Shown here: positions 1 through 11,533 of the stretch, in pieces
Position numbering within the stretch: the first letter of the stretch is position 1
Layout: every line of letters starts with the position of its first letter
Assembly (NCBI RefSeq): GCF_033153115.1
Contig: NW_026889803.1
Coordinates: forward strand, 33,294,001 to 33,358,000
Origin: Saccostrea echinata
Lineage: Eukaryota
Length of the DNA stretch: 64,000 nucleotides
Direction of reading: 5' to 3'
The notes under the pieces: generated by a model
Database searches by the model: none
What the model was told of the DNA's origin: nothing
The model's input: the letters and a program-made list of their open reading frames with translations, nothing else
Translations under genes and position numbers: made by a program

Positions 1-54
1 CATTTCTTATCCTATCAGGGTAGCAGAATTTCTACTCAGGATAACTCTGCTTCT

Positions 55-495
55 TGGTACAGGTGCAAGAAGACGTAGCTCATAAAGGCCAACATGTCTT
101 GCCCTTATCATCATGTATCAGGTGCTAGTGGACAAAGCTCATGTAAGCAAGCTAAGTGCTCTTAACCTTCATGTATTAGGTGCTAGTAGACAAACTTCAT
201 ATAGGCAAGTATTCCTTGCCCTCAGCCTTCATGTATCAGGTGCTAGTGGACAAAGCTCATATAGGCAAGCATTCCTAGCTGCCAGCCCTCATGTATCAGG
301 TGCTAGTGGACATAGCTCATATAGGCAAGCATTCCTTGTCCCCTGCCCTCAAGTATCAGGAGTTAGTGCACATAGCTCATATAGGCAAGCATTGCTTGCC
401 CTCAGCCTTCATGTGTCAGTTGCTAGTGGAAATGGCACATATAAGCAAAAACATATGTCTCAGGTGCTAATGAGCATGTTTAACATAGGCAAGTT
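55..495. repeat. 60-bp tandem repeat (minisatellite), ~7 diverged copies
   Basis: Unit catgtatcaggtgctagtggacaaagctcatataggcaagcattccttgccctcagcctt recurs at 112, 170, 230, 290, 350 and 410 (first spacing 58, then 60). Confidence 0.9.
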
Positions 496-679
496 TCACT
501 AGACCTAGGCATGCAGTTTACTTATTTCACAGAGTAATTTCTATTTATCATCAATCAAAATTTGAGCCTTCTTTTTTTGGTACTGATAATAGATACCAAT
601 ATTTTAATCTGGAACTGGACCAAGAGAGAACTTCATTGAAGATATCTGAGGGTTTGAGATATTGAGGTTAAAATACATA

Positions 680-1875
680 AACAAGAGCCAATGGACCACA
701 TTGCTCACCTGAACATTATGGCTAGGAAAAAAACAGAAATAAGTTCAGTATTGAAAGTTTAAATATATAAGTAGTCCACCAAACCTAAACCAACCAACCC
801 CCCAAAAAAGCAGGGAAGAGGAGGGGGTGTCATTATTTGAACAAACTTGAATCTTCACTAACTGAGGATGCTTCCATATTTCTTTGACTAATCATGGCTT
901 TATAAGATTTTTGAAGGATTTTTTTCTACATCGGTAAGTTTGATCTTCTATTGTGGCAATGTCATACCCCTGGGTTCATGATTTGAAGAAACTTGAATCT
1001 ACACTCCTGAGAATGATTCTGTATTAATATAAATAATAATGGCTTAGCTGTTCTTGAGAGGAAGAGTTTTAATGATTTTTCCTATACATTCCTTATAACT
1101 TTGGCCCCCTGTTGTGGCCCCTCCCTACCCCTGGGGTCATGATTTGAACAAATTTGAATCTACATTACCTAGGGATGCTTCTATATTAATATTACTAATC
1201 ATGGCTTTGCTCTTCTTGAGAAGATTTTTAAAGATATTTCCTATATATATTCCTATGTATAATTTGATCCCCAGTTGTGGCCTCACCCTATTCCTCAAGA
1301 TTTGAACAAACTTGAATGTACACTACCTAAGGTACTTCCTAATGAATATGACTATTCCTGGCTTTGCAGTTCTTGAGACAAAGATTTTTTTAAAAAAAAA
1401 TTTCTTATTCCTCTGTAAAACTTTAATCACCCATTGTGGCCCCACCTTACCCCAGGGGTCATGATTTTAACAAATTAGAATCTACATTTCCTGAGGATGC
1501 TTAATTATGGCTTTGCTGTTGTTAAAAGGAACATCTTTAAAGATTTTTTTCTATATATTCCTATGTAAAACTTTAATCACCCATTGTGCCCATACCCTAA
1601 CCACAGGGGTCATTATTTGAACACACTTGAATTAACACTACCTGAAGATGCTTTCATATAGATGTGATCTATCATGGCTGTGCTGTTCCTTGGAAGAAAA
1701 TTTTAAAGATTTTTCCAATGATTAAACAAATTTGAATCTACACTACCTGAGGATGTTTCCTATAAGTTTCATCTTCTCTGGCCAAGTGGTTCTTGAGAGG
1801 TAGATTTTTCAAGGATGCCTATAATTTTTTCATCAAGTTGTAATTATCTCCCCTTGTACATAGGCATAGCATTTT

Positions 1876-1907
<32 letters not shown>

Positions 1908-2025
1908 AATACTTTATGGCAAGTTTGATTGAAATTGGCATAGCAGTTCTTGAGAAGAAGTCGAAAATGTGAAAACTTTACAGACAAACAGATGGACAGA
2001 CAGACGGACACTGGACAAACTGTGG

Positions 2026-2068
<43 letters not shown>
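680..2068. mobile_element. Non-autonomous Helentron/HINE (DINE-1-like) element with internal ~165-bp satellite-like tandem repeats
   Basis: Starts aacaagagccaatggaccacattgctcacctga and ends gctcacttgagccttcggctcaggtgagctaaaaa (subterminal IR gctcacctga/tcaggtgagc plus hairpin). (gaca)n tract at ~1981-2010. Repeated unit gtggccccaccctacccctggggtcatgatttgaacaaacttgaatctacactacctgaggatgc. Confidence 0.8.
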
Positions 2069-2383
2069 CTGTTCTGACTTACAACTCACTTAGACATATC
2101 CATGGTATTCGAGATATTGATGTCCAAGATAACAAAGTTCAACTGTAATTACCGGTATCTAGTTGCATGAGCCTTCAAGGCAAATTTAACCGATTAGATT
2201 TAATAAAAAGATTAAACTTAAAATGCTCTTCATGTTTTTTTAAGGTAATGAATCAATCTCTTCAAATAAGAAAGGAAACAAGTGAAAAACTGTTCAAATA
2301 ACACCCAGATAGTTAATAACGTATTCCTATAATGAGCCAATTTGCTAAACTCAGGCCCCACAATCCTATGCTTTCAGTCCATC

Positions 2384-5300
2384 TCACAAATGTTTGTAAT
2401 TTGATATAACTTGTTCCAAGGTGGCAAACCCATCCAGAAAATCGTCCTCAGTAAGTCCATGTTTTGCATACTGGTGCACGTAAGCTCTCGCAGAAAACAT
2501 GTCCCAGGCTTTACCCACCATAGCGTCCATCTCTCCCACCGGTGACTTACTGTTCGAGATCAGAGATGCAGACTTCTCATAGTGATTGAAAGCTCTTGGC
2601 TGTACGCCTGTCATCAGAGTGGCATCTGGTGGAATCCATGGAACATAGAGGGCGGAGTCTGAGAATGGTCCAGTGTCTGCAGATACTGATTCCTTGCCTC
2701 TCAGTAACAGAAGATTGGCCAGAGAAGTGTTGTGTTGAGATCCTCTGGAACTAACTTTGACTTGCCAATCAATACCTAAAAAAAAAAAATTATTCAATAT
2801 TGATGCAGAATTCTTATAAAATCTATAATAGACTTCATAAGAGTTTTTTACACAATTATGAGTAAAACTCATAAAAATGGAAAATTATGTTTTCTATATG
2901 TATACCAGAGTTGTGCCCCTTGTCACAATATTTCTTCATTTATATACAATCTTGTGATCAGCATGACTAACCAAAAACAAAACAAAATAAAAAAAAAACA
3001 AAAACCAAGCAAAAAAACCAAAAACATCTAGATATACAAGGTAATGATGTTGAAACTTGTATAGTTGAATAGTTAAAACTGTGATATCACCTCAACATAC
3101 CCCAGGTATGCCAAATTATCGTTCAAAATACTGAATCAAATTTCCAATGTACAAGAAGACAAGAATATAGAATTATTCACGTAGTGGCAAGCACATGAAT
3201 AAATTTTAAGTAAAACTCAATTTTTTTAAAATAACTTACCCTCTTCCATTGGAGCATCAGAAATCAGCATTTGTCGGAGGTGCTTCAGCAGACCATGCCA
3301 TTGGTACGTGCTGAACTCCTGAGCCGCCGCTGACATCTGGGGAATGTTTTTGATGGTCAGGAGTTTGTAATCTGGATGTGGCACTAGATGTTCCAACATT
3401 TCACCTTTATCAAAAAATATACGTCAACAGTGTCACAAGATCACGAAAGCCTAATCTATGTGAGAACCAATCACATGTAATGCATAATCTAAGGTACAGT
3501 AAAACTTATTTATACAGAATCATCACTGCACTGACCACCCAGTTAAGTAAAGTAAAACACTTGAGAAAATTATACAATATTACATTAATATACAGCTCTA
3601 ATACTATGTAGAATTTTTACTGTGGTTCACCCTAAATGAAGCTTGGCATTCATGTACTTTAGCTAGTAGGTTCTCATTTTTTAGCAAATGTATCAAATAG
3701 GAAGCCAATAATGAATCAATCATTCCTGAAAATTAATGTTTCAGAATCAAAGGATAAAGTCATAATCAGTTGTTAAAAACCTTAATTTTTTTCTGTTCAT
3801 AAAGGAGATGGGTGAACATAGCATGCAGAAAGCCTATAGCTTCAGATATATAAAAAAACATATTCAATCTGTGAATTTAGCATTTAGAGTAAGTTCTCAT
3901 TATTGAAATTGATGAATTTATGCTGAAACAAAACTTGTTTCGAAAATTTTCTTTGCAAAAATTATTTTGTTATTAAAAAAATAATGCAGTATTCATGGTG
4001 TTCGAACCTTAGCAATAAAAATCCGGAGTATCATTTTCATTTGAGACTAACACGCTTACCACTGCGCTACGCAGCTCCTGAAATATATTGGCATTTAAAT
4101 CATGTTTGTGATATGACCCTTGACTAAATGGACTTCAAGTATATCTCGCAAAGATGCAAATGTTGCGTCATAAAAGTGTACTTTTAAGGTAAAGTGGGTC
4201 TTTGCTCCATGTTTTTGTTAACCAAAAAATGTCTATTTTTACGCAAAGTTTGAGGAAAATCTTTCAAAAAAATGGAGCGAAGACCCACTCATATCGAAAA
4301 ATTGTGTTATAATATGAGAAAATGATCCTTTTTGCCCTCTTTAGTGTGTGTATGCAATTTCTTAAGCAAATGATTTCAATCTTTGTGCAATTTTTGCAAA
4401 TTGTGGAGATTTTACATAAAGAATGCTTTAATATTAGACGAAATATCAAAGAAAATTTTGTTATAATTGAGATTTAATTTTTCACTTTCATGTTTGTTGC
4501 ACTATAGGCATTTCACTTGCCTTGTTCACCCATCTTCTTTCTAGCTGTTTTTAAATAAATAGAATTTCACCTATAGAATTGGAACAAATATCCCCTGTGA
4601 ATTTGTTAAGTGGACATGGTTGCAGCATAGTGGCTAATTTATGGCAAATGACTCTGTTAATGTCTTTGAATGAAATTTTCTTAATGCTCAAAAGTTGCTG
4701 ACATATCTTATGGAGATGGTCATTTTCCATGACAACAATCGCATCCACAGTGTGATACAACCGTGACAACGTCAAAAGAGCATTATAATTCTGCACAATG
4801 ACTTCTCCAGTTTTATATGGCCACACCACTTGGTTCATGATAAATGCATGTGGAAATTCATCTCTCAAACAACGAGTCACATATGCCCCCACTCCTGATC
4901 CTGTGCCTCCTGCAAGACTCATAAGGGACAAGAATCCTCCAAGATTATCACATTTTTCTGCTTCACGTCGGACTAATTCCATAACTGTGCTCTGACATGC
5001 TGGTCCGTGGATGCAGTAGCCATGGGCCCAGTTGTTTCCTGACCCTCGCTGCTGGCAGTAATTCTGTTTCTCTGAGTAGCTCCATCTCCCTGAACGTTTG
5101 GCATCCTGATATGTTTGAGCTATCACCTTGAAATCATTTACATTGACATAGAAAATATTTGTTAAATATGGTAATTTTAAGTCTAGTCTGGAAAAAAAAC
5201 AGATAAATTATATTCTTTCCAAAAATTTTCAGTTTTTCTGCTTATAAAAGAAAATAATCGATGAAAAAATATACTTTAATTTATGAAATTTCACTTCGAT

Positions 5301-6368
5301 ACAATTATCCTCAAACTTTTAACATGTTTAATAAGTGAAATAAAACAAAATTATCTATCTATTTCATAATATATTGGGAACAAACTAAAAGATGAACAGT
5401 ATACCTTTGGCTCCATGTCCACCATGACAGCTCGAGCTTTTGGAGTTCCCTCCCCTGATTCTCCACAGTAAAAGAATCGGGACAGAACCTCATTTTTGTA
5501 CTCCTCGTTTTTGTCAGGAGCCACCTAAAAGTGATAATGAAAGTCTACATATAATATTTTTTTGGAATGCCAAATTATATAATTATTACAATTACTTTTC
5601 TGCTCACATGAAAAGACCATAACAGTGGATGTAAAAACTCTTTTTAAAAGGGCACAATTAGCCTAATTATCCCAAATTTGCCAAAGAAGTTTAATCTTTT
5701 AAGTCTGCTCTATCTGTTGGTGACATTAAAGAAATCCGAGTCCTGGATAGGTCAAGTATACAGTCATGCCTCACTGACCCATGTGCCGTGTTCCCAAGAA
5801 AATAGTCCAGATTAATGAAGCTCCCGGATTACTGAATGATACCTTTTATATTTAGTAGATTTAAATGTCACAGGTGAGGAAGAAAAATGTGACAACTAAG
5901 ACAGGGATTCGAACCCAGGCCCCCTGGATCTCCAGTCAGATGCTCTACCAAATGAGCTATCTGGCCACTGGTGATCAAACCTGTCTGGCTGCCACATAAA
6001 TATAAATTCCAATTCCCACAAATTTTGTCCAAAATGTAAAGCATCAAGATCTACCATTATTGTTTACAGATGGAGGCTGCATGTTCCGGGTTATATCCTG
6101 CAAATCATCACATACTACATGTACTAGTTAAAATAATCTGTGTCCCGGGGCAGGAACGTAGGACATTTATCATTTAAACAATAGAACATTCTATCTAATT
6201 AACACATACTGACAGACATGCTCTTTTTTTAATCAATTAGTCCCATGTCCTCTAATAACTGACCTGTGTAGCTAGTGGTTTAGAATGGACATCATCCATA
6301 AATGTATGGAACAGTTGACCACCAATTTGGTTTCCGCACTGTCCTAGTTGCACTGTAATTATTGACAT
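2384..6368 (-). CDS. TUBD1: Tubulin delta chain (~445 aa), 5 coding exons: 6368-6264, 5524-5405, 5126-4571, 3404-3240, 2775-2384
   Basis: Motifs [76 protein letters not shown]. All introns GT-AG; 1338 nt in frame. Confidence 0.95.
3997..4077 (-). repeat. Degenerate tRNA-like (Pol III A/B box) fragment, probably a SINE head
   Basis: Minus strand: gctgcgTAGCGCAGTGGTAAGCG...aaGGTTCGAACacc. The cloverleaf is not intact. Confidence 0.45.
5866..5996 (-). mobile_element. 131-bp solo-LTR-like element containing a tRNA-like sequence (Helenus-type TRIM LTR candidate)
   Basis: Ends TGT...ACA, with 4-bp direct repeat taaa at 5862-5865 and 5997-6000. Internal tRNA-like sequence GCCAGATAGCTCATTTGGTAGAGC...GGGTTCGAATCCC is followed by a T5 run. 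Confidence 0.6.
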
Positions 6369-6551
6369 TATCATCTATTTCCATCCCCTATTTGTTCTGC
6401 AAACTGGATCTGGCATACTTCTGGTTCGTTTGATGACCTGTTGAATATTTCTTCAGTTTCTATGCCTGTGTCCACTTCTCTAAGGTAAATACAAGTTACT
6501 AATTAATTGCAGAATAAATCTTCATCTTCTCCAACAAGCAACAAATTGATA

Positions 6552-6730
6552 TACAATTGAACTTTGGTATCTCCAACACTGAGATCTCGGATACCATGGA
6601 TATGTCCAAGTTATCTGGAAGTCCCAACCACTCATTCCTAAAGCATTTTACCCTGGATGTCACGAATACTCAGATATCTCGAAGTATTTTCTTGGTCCCA
6701 TCGAGTTCGAGATAACTAGGTTTCACCGTA
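6552..6730. mobile_element. Tc1/mariner (pogo/Tigger-like) MITE, ~180 bp
   Basis: tacaattgaactttggtatctc ... gagataactaggtttcaccgta: imperfect TIRs bounded by TA. A related inverted copy at ~615-679 + 2069-2147 is split by the HINE. Confidence 0.6.
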
Positions 6731-6999
6731 TATGATATATATAGATGTTTTTGTTGAGAGGCATACACAGTTGATTTAATTACCATTATAAAACTTTTAT
6801 AATAATAATTATGTAGCTTTAGGCAATCGAAATAAAATAAAAATTGAAAGTAAAGATTGATATCATGCACTATATCATGCACTAAAGATTGTTCAAACGT
6901 ACATTTATGGGAAATTAACTTAGTGAGTCACATGAAATATAAAGTGTCATGATTCCAAGATCAATGTCCGATATTAACAGTCCCCCGTCCTTAAAACAT

Positions 7000-7169
7000 T
7001 GTCACAGTCACAGGCTGTTTACCATCGATACGATTTTCAACCTGTCTTTTCTCCGGATTTAGCTTGGGTTTTATATTTTCCGCATTCGTGATCACTACTG
7101 CGTTTAAAGATTAGACTAAACATCGTCAAGATAAATTCAGGATATTGACGCTGACCATATCCATAAAAA
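7000..7169. promoter_or_regulatory. Putative bidirectional promoter TUBD1/MRPL50
   Basis: CpG-richer stretch between divergent genes. Candidate TUBD1 non-coding first exon donor near 7022. X-box-like GTATCGATGGTAAAC (minus, 7017-7031). Confidence 0.5.
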
Positions 7170-10074
7170 ATGAGTTTGGCAAGGACGGCACTTTCCACAC
7201 AACTATTTTCAGTAGTTGGCAAAGCAGCATATGTAAGTATATACACTTCCATCACTTTTTAAAGTCATGGAGTGCTTTAAAATCATTGTCACTCAAGACA
7301 AGCTTCTTTTCATTTCGGACTGTTCAAACCAACAGATCTTAGTCTTGCTATATTCTCTATTGAGAAGTTGATGGCTCGTTTTAATATTCCCCTCAACTTC
7401 TCTACGAAAGACCTAATAAAAGCAGTTCAGAAATTGACTAAATGAAGAACCAAACCAGGTCTCACTTCGATCGATGTTTTAGGATTGATTCATTATAATA
7501 GACATATTTTGGATGCACAGATGTTGTTTTGCAATGGAAATGCGATTAAAAATACCGTATCACGGTAGAACACTTACTTGCGATATCTGTGTCACCAGAT
7601 TCGTTTATTCATTCAAAACTGGGTTTGAACCTGGTTGACCTCTAAAAAGGTCTAAAAAAAAAATTTCCGGATAATTTGGCTTCAATGTTCCAGTGTTAAA
7701 TAGTTATCCGGAGGAATAGTTTTAGACTTTTTTAGAGGTTCAAACACAGTTTTGAATGAATAAATGAATCCGGCGACAAAGATATTGCAAGTAAGTGTTC
7801 TACCGTGATAAATGTTTTTTAAGTCAGCAGAATCGGTATTTTTAATCGCATTTCCATTGTAAAACAACATCTGTGCATCCAAAATATGTCTATTATAATG
7901 AATCAATCCTTAAACATCGTTCGAAGTGAGACCCGGTTTGGTTCTTCATTTAGTCAATTTCTGAACTGCTTTTATTAGGTCTTTCGTGGAGAAGTTGAGG
8001 GGAAGTATTAAAACGAGCCATCAACTTCTCAATAGAGAATAAGTCTTGCTACAGATTTTGGGGGTTAGTAATATTCTTATGCCCCCTCCCAAATAAAAAG
8101 GTGGAGAGGGGGTTATACTGGAATTATCATGTCCGTCCATGTATATGTCTGAAGATGCAAGATTAAGCTCAGTGACTTTATGGATAACCTTAAGGGTTAT
8201 CTCAAAGTGGTATCTGTATCTGTAAGGTTTACGTTGTAGATACCAATATGGTTCCAACGTGGCGCAGTGGTTAGACCGTTTGCTATAGAGTCGTCGAGTA
8301 AGGAGTTGATCCTTACATTGTGGGTTCGAATCCCACTGCAGGACGTGGAGACCGATTCTTCGGATGAGATTGTCTAAACCAAGGTCCCCGTGTCACAGTA
8401 GGTGCTGGCATGAAAAAGATCCCTCACTGCTCAATGGCCCTGATTGCCAATTATAGGTATAAATTTGCAGCCCTCCACTAGCAAGTGGTGGCATCTCCAT
8501 ATGAGTGGAAAATTGTCAAGAGGGACGTTAAACAACAAAACAAACAAACAAACAAAACCAATATGGTTCTTTTTACAACAAAATATATACAAATCAAACT
8601 TAAACAAATAACACTTACATCTGTTGGCATTTCATGAGATGCATGTTTTGACTGTGAACCAAGGAGGAGGAGGGGTATCAGTCTCTTTATGACAACTCTA
8701 TATTTTCCTACCAATAGTCATAAGCATGAAGCAGAGATAAGATAAAATATGGGCAGTGAATTTAAAAAGCCCCTAATGTCAGTAAAAGACTAAAACAATT
8801 TTATTATTTTTTTTTTTTTAGCCAGGATATGTACCAAGTTGTAACAAAAGAATCTGGTTTAATTTCTTGAGGAGGAGAATTGAAGAGGATGTAGTTCCAC
8901 GAGACTTTGAACCACAGCCTGTTGTGCAGTTTGATGATTATACAAGGAATAATCTGAAGAAAAGAACGTAAGATTCATAGAAGAGTTCTTTGGGATTTTA
9001 GTTTAACCAAGCACAGTAATTTGAAAATGTTTAATTTAAGTTTATAAGTGATGAAAAACTAATTTTAATACCTTTTAGACTTTAATTTATGTTCAGTAGA
9101 CATAATCTGTCCTTTTAGATTCTTGCGAACCCTTTCAAGGATTTTTTAAATTTATATCCTACCAGTATAACTTGTAATTAAAGGATGAGGATAATGTATA
9201 TGAATGTTTTATATAGTATTTCATTCAAGATAAATGTTCTTCCAAATGCAGATCCATTCAGACCCATTGTGCTTACATGCCTCCAGAGAATGTGGAAAAT
9301 ATAGTGCTTCGTATTGTAAAGGGAGTATATGGAAAGGAGGTGGACATACAAGATATAGATTTAGACCAAGACAGGAGAAAGAAATTTATGGTAAGCAGAT
9401 GATTGTAATAATTCTTACTAAGTTTAGTGGGTATCAGCAAAGTTTTTATATTCCTGCCTTATAATCGTATGATAATTTTGTCTGTCTGTGAATTTTTTGG
9501 GTAGATTGCTCAGCTTCTAAACAAGAATGGAGATAAATTTTGAAATGACCATTCAGTAGTTGTACCACATGTGAATATTCTTTGTTTTACATATGTATTA
9601 TCATGAAATTTGGTCCAAGAATAAAAAAAAACTAATAGATCACTGTGCAGCATAAGTTCATCATAAATTCTTTTTATTTCACAGGTTCTTACCAGAATGA
9701 TGAAGGAATTTGACCACTGTATACCGAACACTGACTTACATGATATGAAAACTATTGAGCAAGCTGTGGAATTCTTCAAAAAAGAAATTAAAGACACTTC
9801 ATGTTTGGAAGATCTAACAAAAGTAGACTTACCCAAAAACCTTCACATTAACACAGAATACATTCGGTATGATCGTGACGGAAATTCACTATGGCCTGGG
9901 AAAGACGCCTTCCCAGGACAACAGACAAAAGTGTTCAGCTCCAAATTTTCTAGGAAATACAAAGTTATTGACAAATCTAAAGACAAATACAAGTACAAAT
10001 TAGATAGGAAAACATTCTTTGAAGAACAAAAAGAAATCAACGATTTTATGTACAAATATGCATCAAAAAGATAA
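7170..10074 (+). CDS. MRPL50: Mitochondrial large-subunit ribosomal protein mL50 (~245 aa), 4 exons: 7170-7232, 8822-8967, 9252-9390, 9685-10074
   Basis: Presequence-like MSLARTALSTQLFSVVGKAAY, then YMPPENVENIV...DIDLDQDRRKKFMVLTRMMKEFDHCIPNTDLHDMKTIEQAVEFF...DLPKNLHI, matching the mL50 pattern. 738 nt in frame. Confidence 0.85.
7351..8041. mobile_element. 691-bp fold-back (near-palindromic) DNA transposon with 10-bp TSD, AcademH- or MULE-like
   Basis: Starts tattctctattgagaagttgatggctcg and ends with the reverse complement; arms pair over ~320 bp. TSD agtcttgcta at 7341-7350 and 8042-8051. Confidence 0.9.
8255..8556 (+). mobile_element. tRNA-derived SINE with Deu/Nin-like central domain
   Basis: A box TGGCGCAGTGG, B box GGTTCGAATCCC, core cttcggatgaga...aaaccaaggtcccc...aaagatccc, (aaac)n tail. 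13-bp TSD accaatatggttc at 8242-8254 and 8557-8569. Confidence 0.85.
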
Positions 10075-11533
10075 AATTGTTAGAAATAGGGTGGGGGTTA
10101 GGGGGGATTAATGCAAGCAGTTTTTCTTTGCTGAAAGCAACTTGGCTTTCATTTATTCTGGAATTACAATTTCTCAATAGATGAATCTTACATTCTTTCT
10201 TTCTTCAGTCACTTTTATGATAATTTCTCAAATATTTATTCTTAAACAGGATGTAGCAAAGCTGTGTACTGATGACTAATCATTGCAAACGAGATTTTCA
10301 TGTTTCCAGTAAATTGTAACAAACGTATAGGCTTATTTACGTGGATTTTTGTGAAGAGAAAATTTGATAAAATGACCCTTTTGTGTATCTAATAAAACTA
10401 CTACTGATATTTTGCTGTCTCTCAATTCTGTTTCACAGCATAACCTGTATCACTGAGCTGATATGACTTCAATATTCATATTTTATATTTTAAACATAAG
10501 AGATTGGAATCGGTGATATTATAATTGAGCTGTAACATTGAGATACCAAAGAAATGCCACATTGATGTTATTATTAATGTCACAGGAAAGGAGAAAACTG
10601 CATTACTAGTCAGATGCTCCAATTACATGTACTGAGCCATGCAGGCCGATCACCCAGCCACCCAGGCCAACCCCTGGTCCATACAACCCAAACCACCACA
10701 TTCTCAAACTGTGGTCATGGCACCAAATGTACCAAGAAAGGAGAAAATGTGACAGAGCAGATAAGTCAGGTGCTCCAATCACTGCGCCAACCCCACCCAC
10801 CCCCACCCCCTTCCACACAACCTTTTGGCAGAGCTCCAAATGTAACAAGAAAGGAAAAAATAAGAAAAAAATGATGGCAGAAATCTTCCCACTGTACAGT
10901 ATTTCGAGGATGCACAAATAGCTGACATCAACAACTTGTCTGTGTACCACTTGTGGTAAATGATGGTAAAAAAGGAAGGAAAAAAACACATCAAAACGTG
11001 AAACTTAGTTTAATTTTATAATAAATACATATTTAAATGTTGAAACAAGATATATACATAATAACACAAAACAGCTGTGGTTTGTATAGAAAATATACTT
11101 TGTTCTGCATTTTAAATTGCAGTTCAATGTACAGTACTAAAAATATAGTTTAAAACCAGCAGTCTTGCTTTATCAATTGCTTGTAATGCGTTGTTAACAC
11201 AGCTTCGCATTGGCAGTCTCTGTAGAAAATGAATGGCATAAAAACAATACATCAGCATCAATTGTAATTAAACATTTACAATTTCTTATCACAGCAGTGT
11301 TATATAACAGAAGGTGATGGAGCATCAAAATAGATGTCAATACAGCAGAAATTATTCATCTCTATACTTAGTTTTGACATGTTATGTAGTATCAAACATA
11401 ATTTAAACCTCAAATCCCAAAACAGCACTCAGTCTTTGCTTGGTATGGGTATTATTTTGCTTTGATAAAAATCTCCATTGAAAGTTTTTTGTTTTAAATG
11501 TCAATTATGCTGTTCGTCCTAGGTCATGTGATC

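Noticed and set aside
113-502. 129-aa repetitive ORF
   Set aside because: Product of a 60-bp tandem repeat. A 2-bp indel in the first unit switches the repeat frame, and no domain is recognisable.
5894-5966. Functional tRNA-Ser(GGA)
   Set aside because: Acceptor and anticodon stems are mismatched, there is no long variable arm, and it is embedded in an LTR-like unit.
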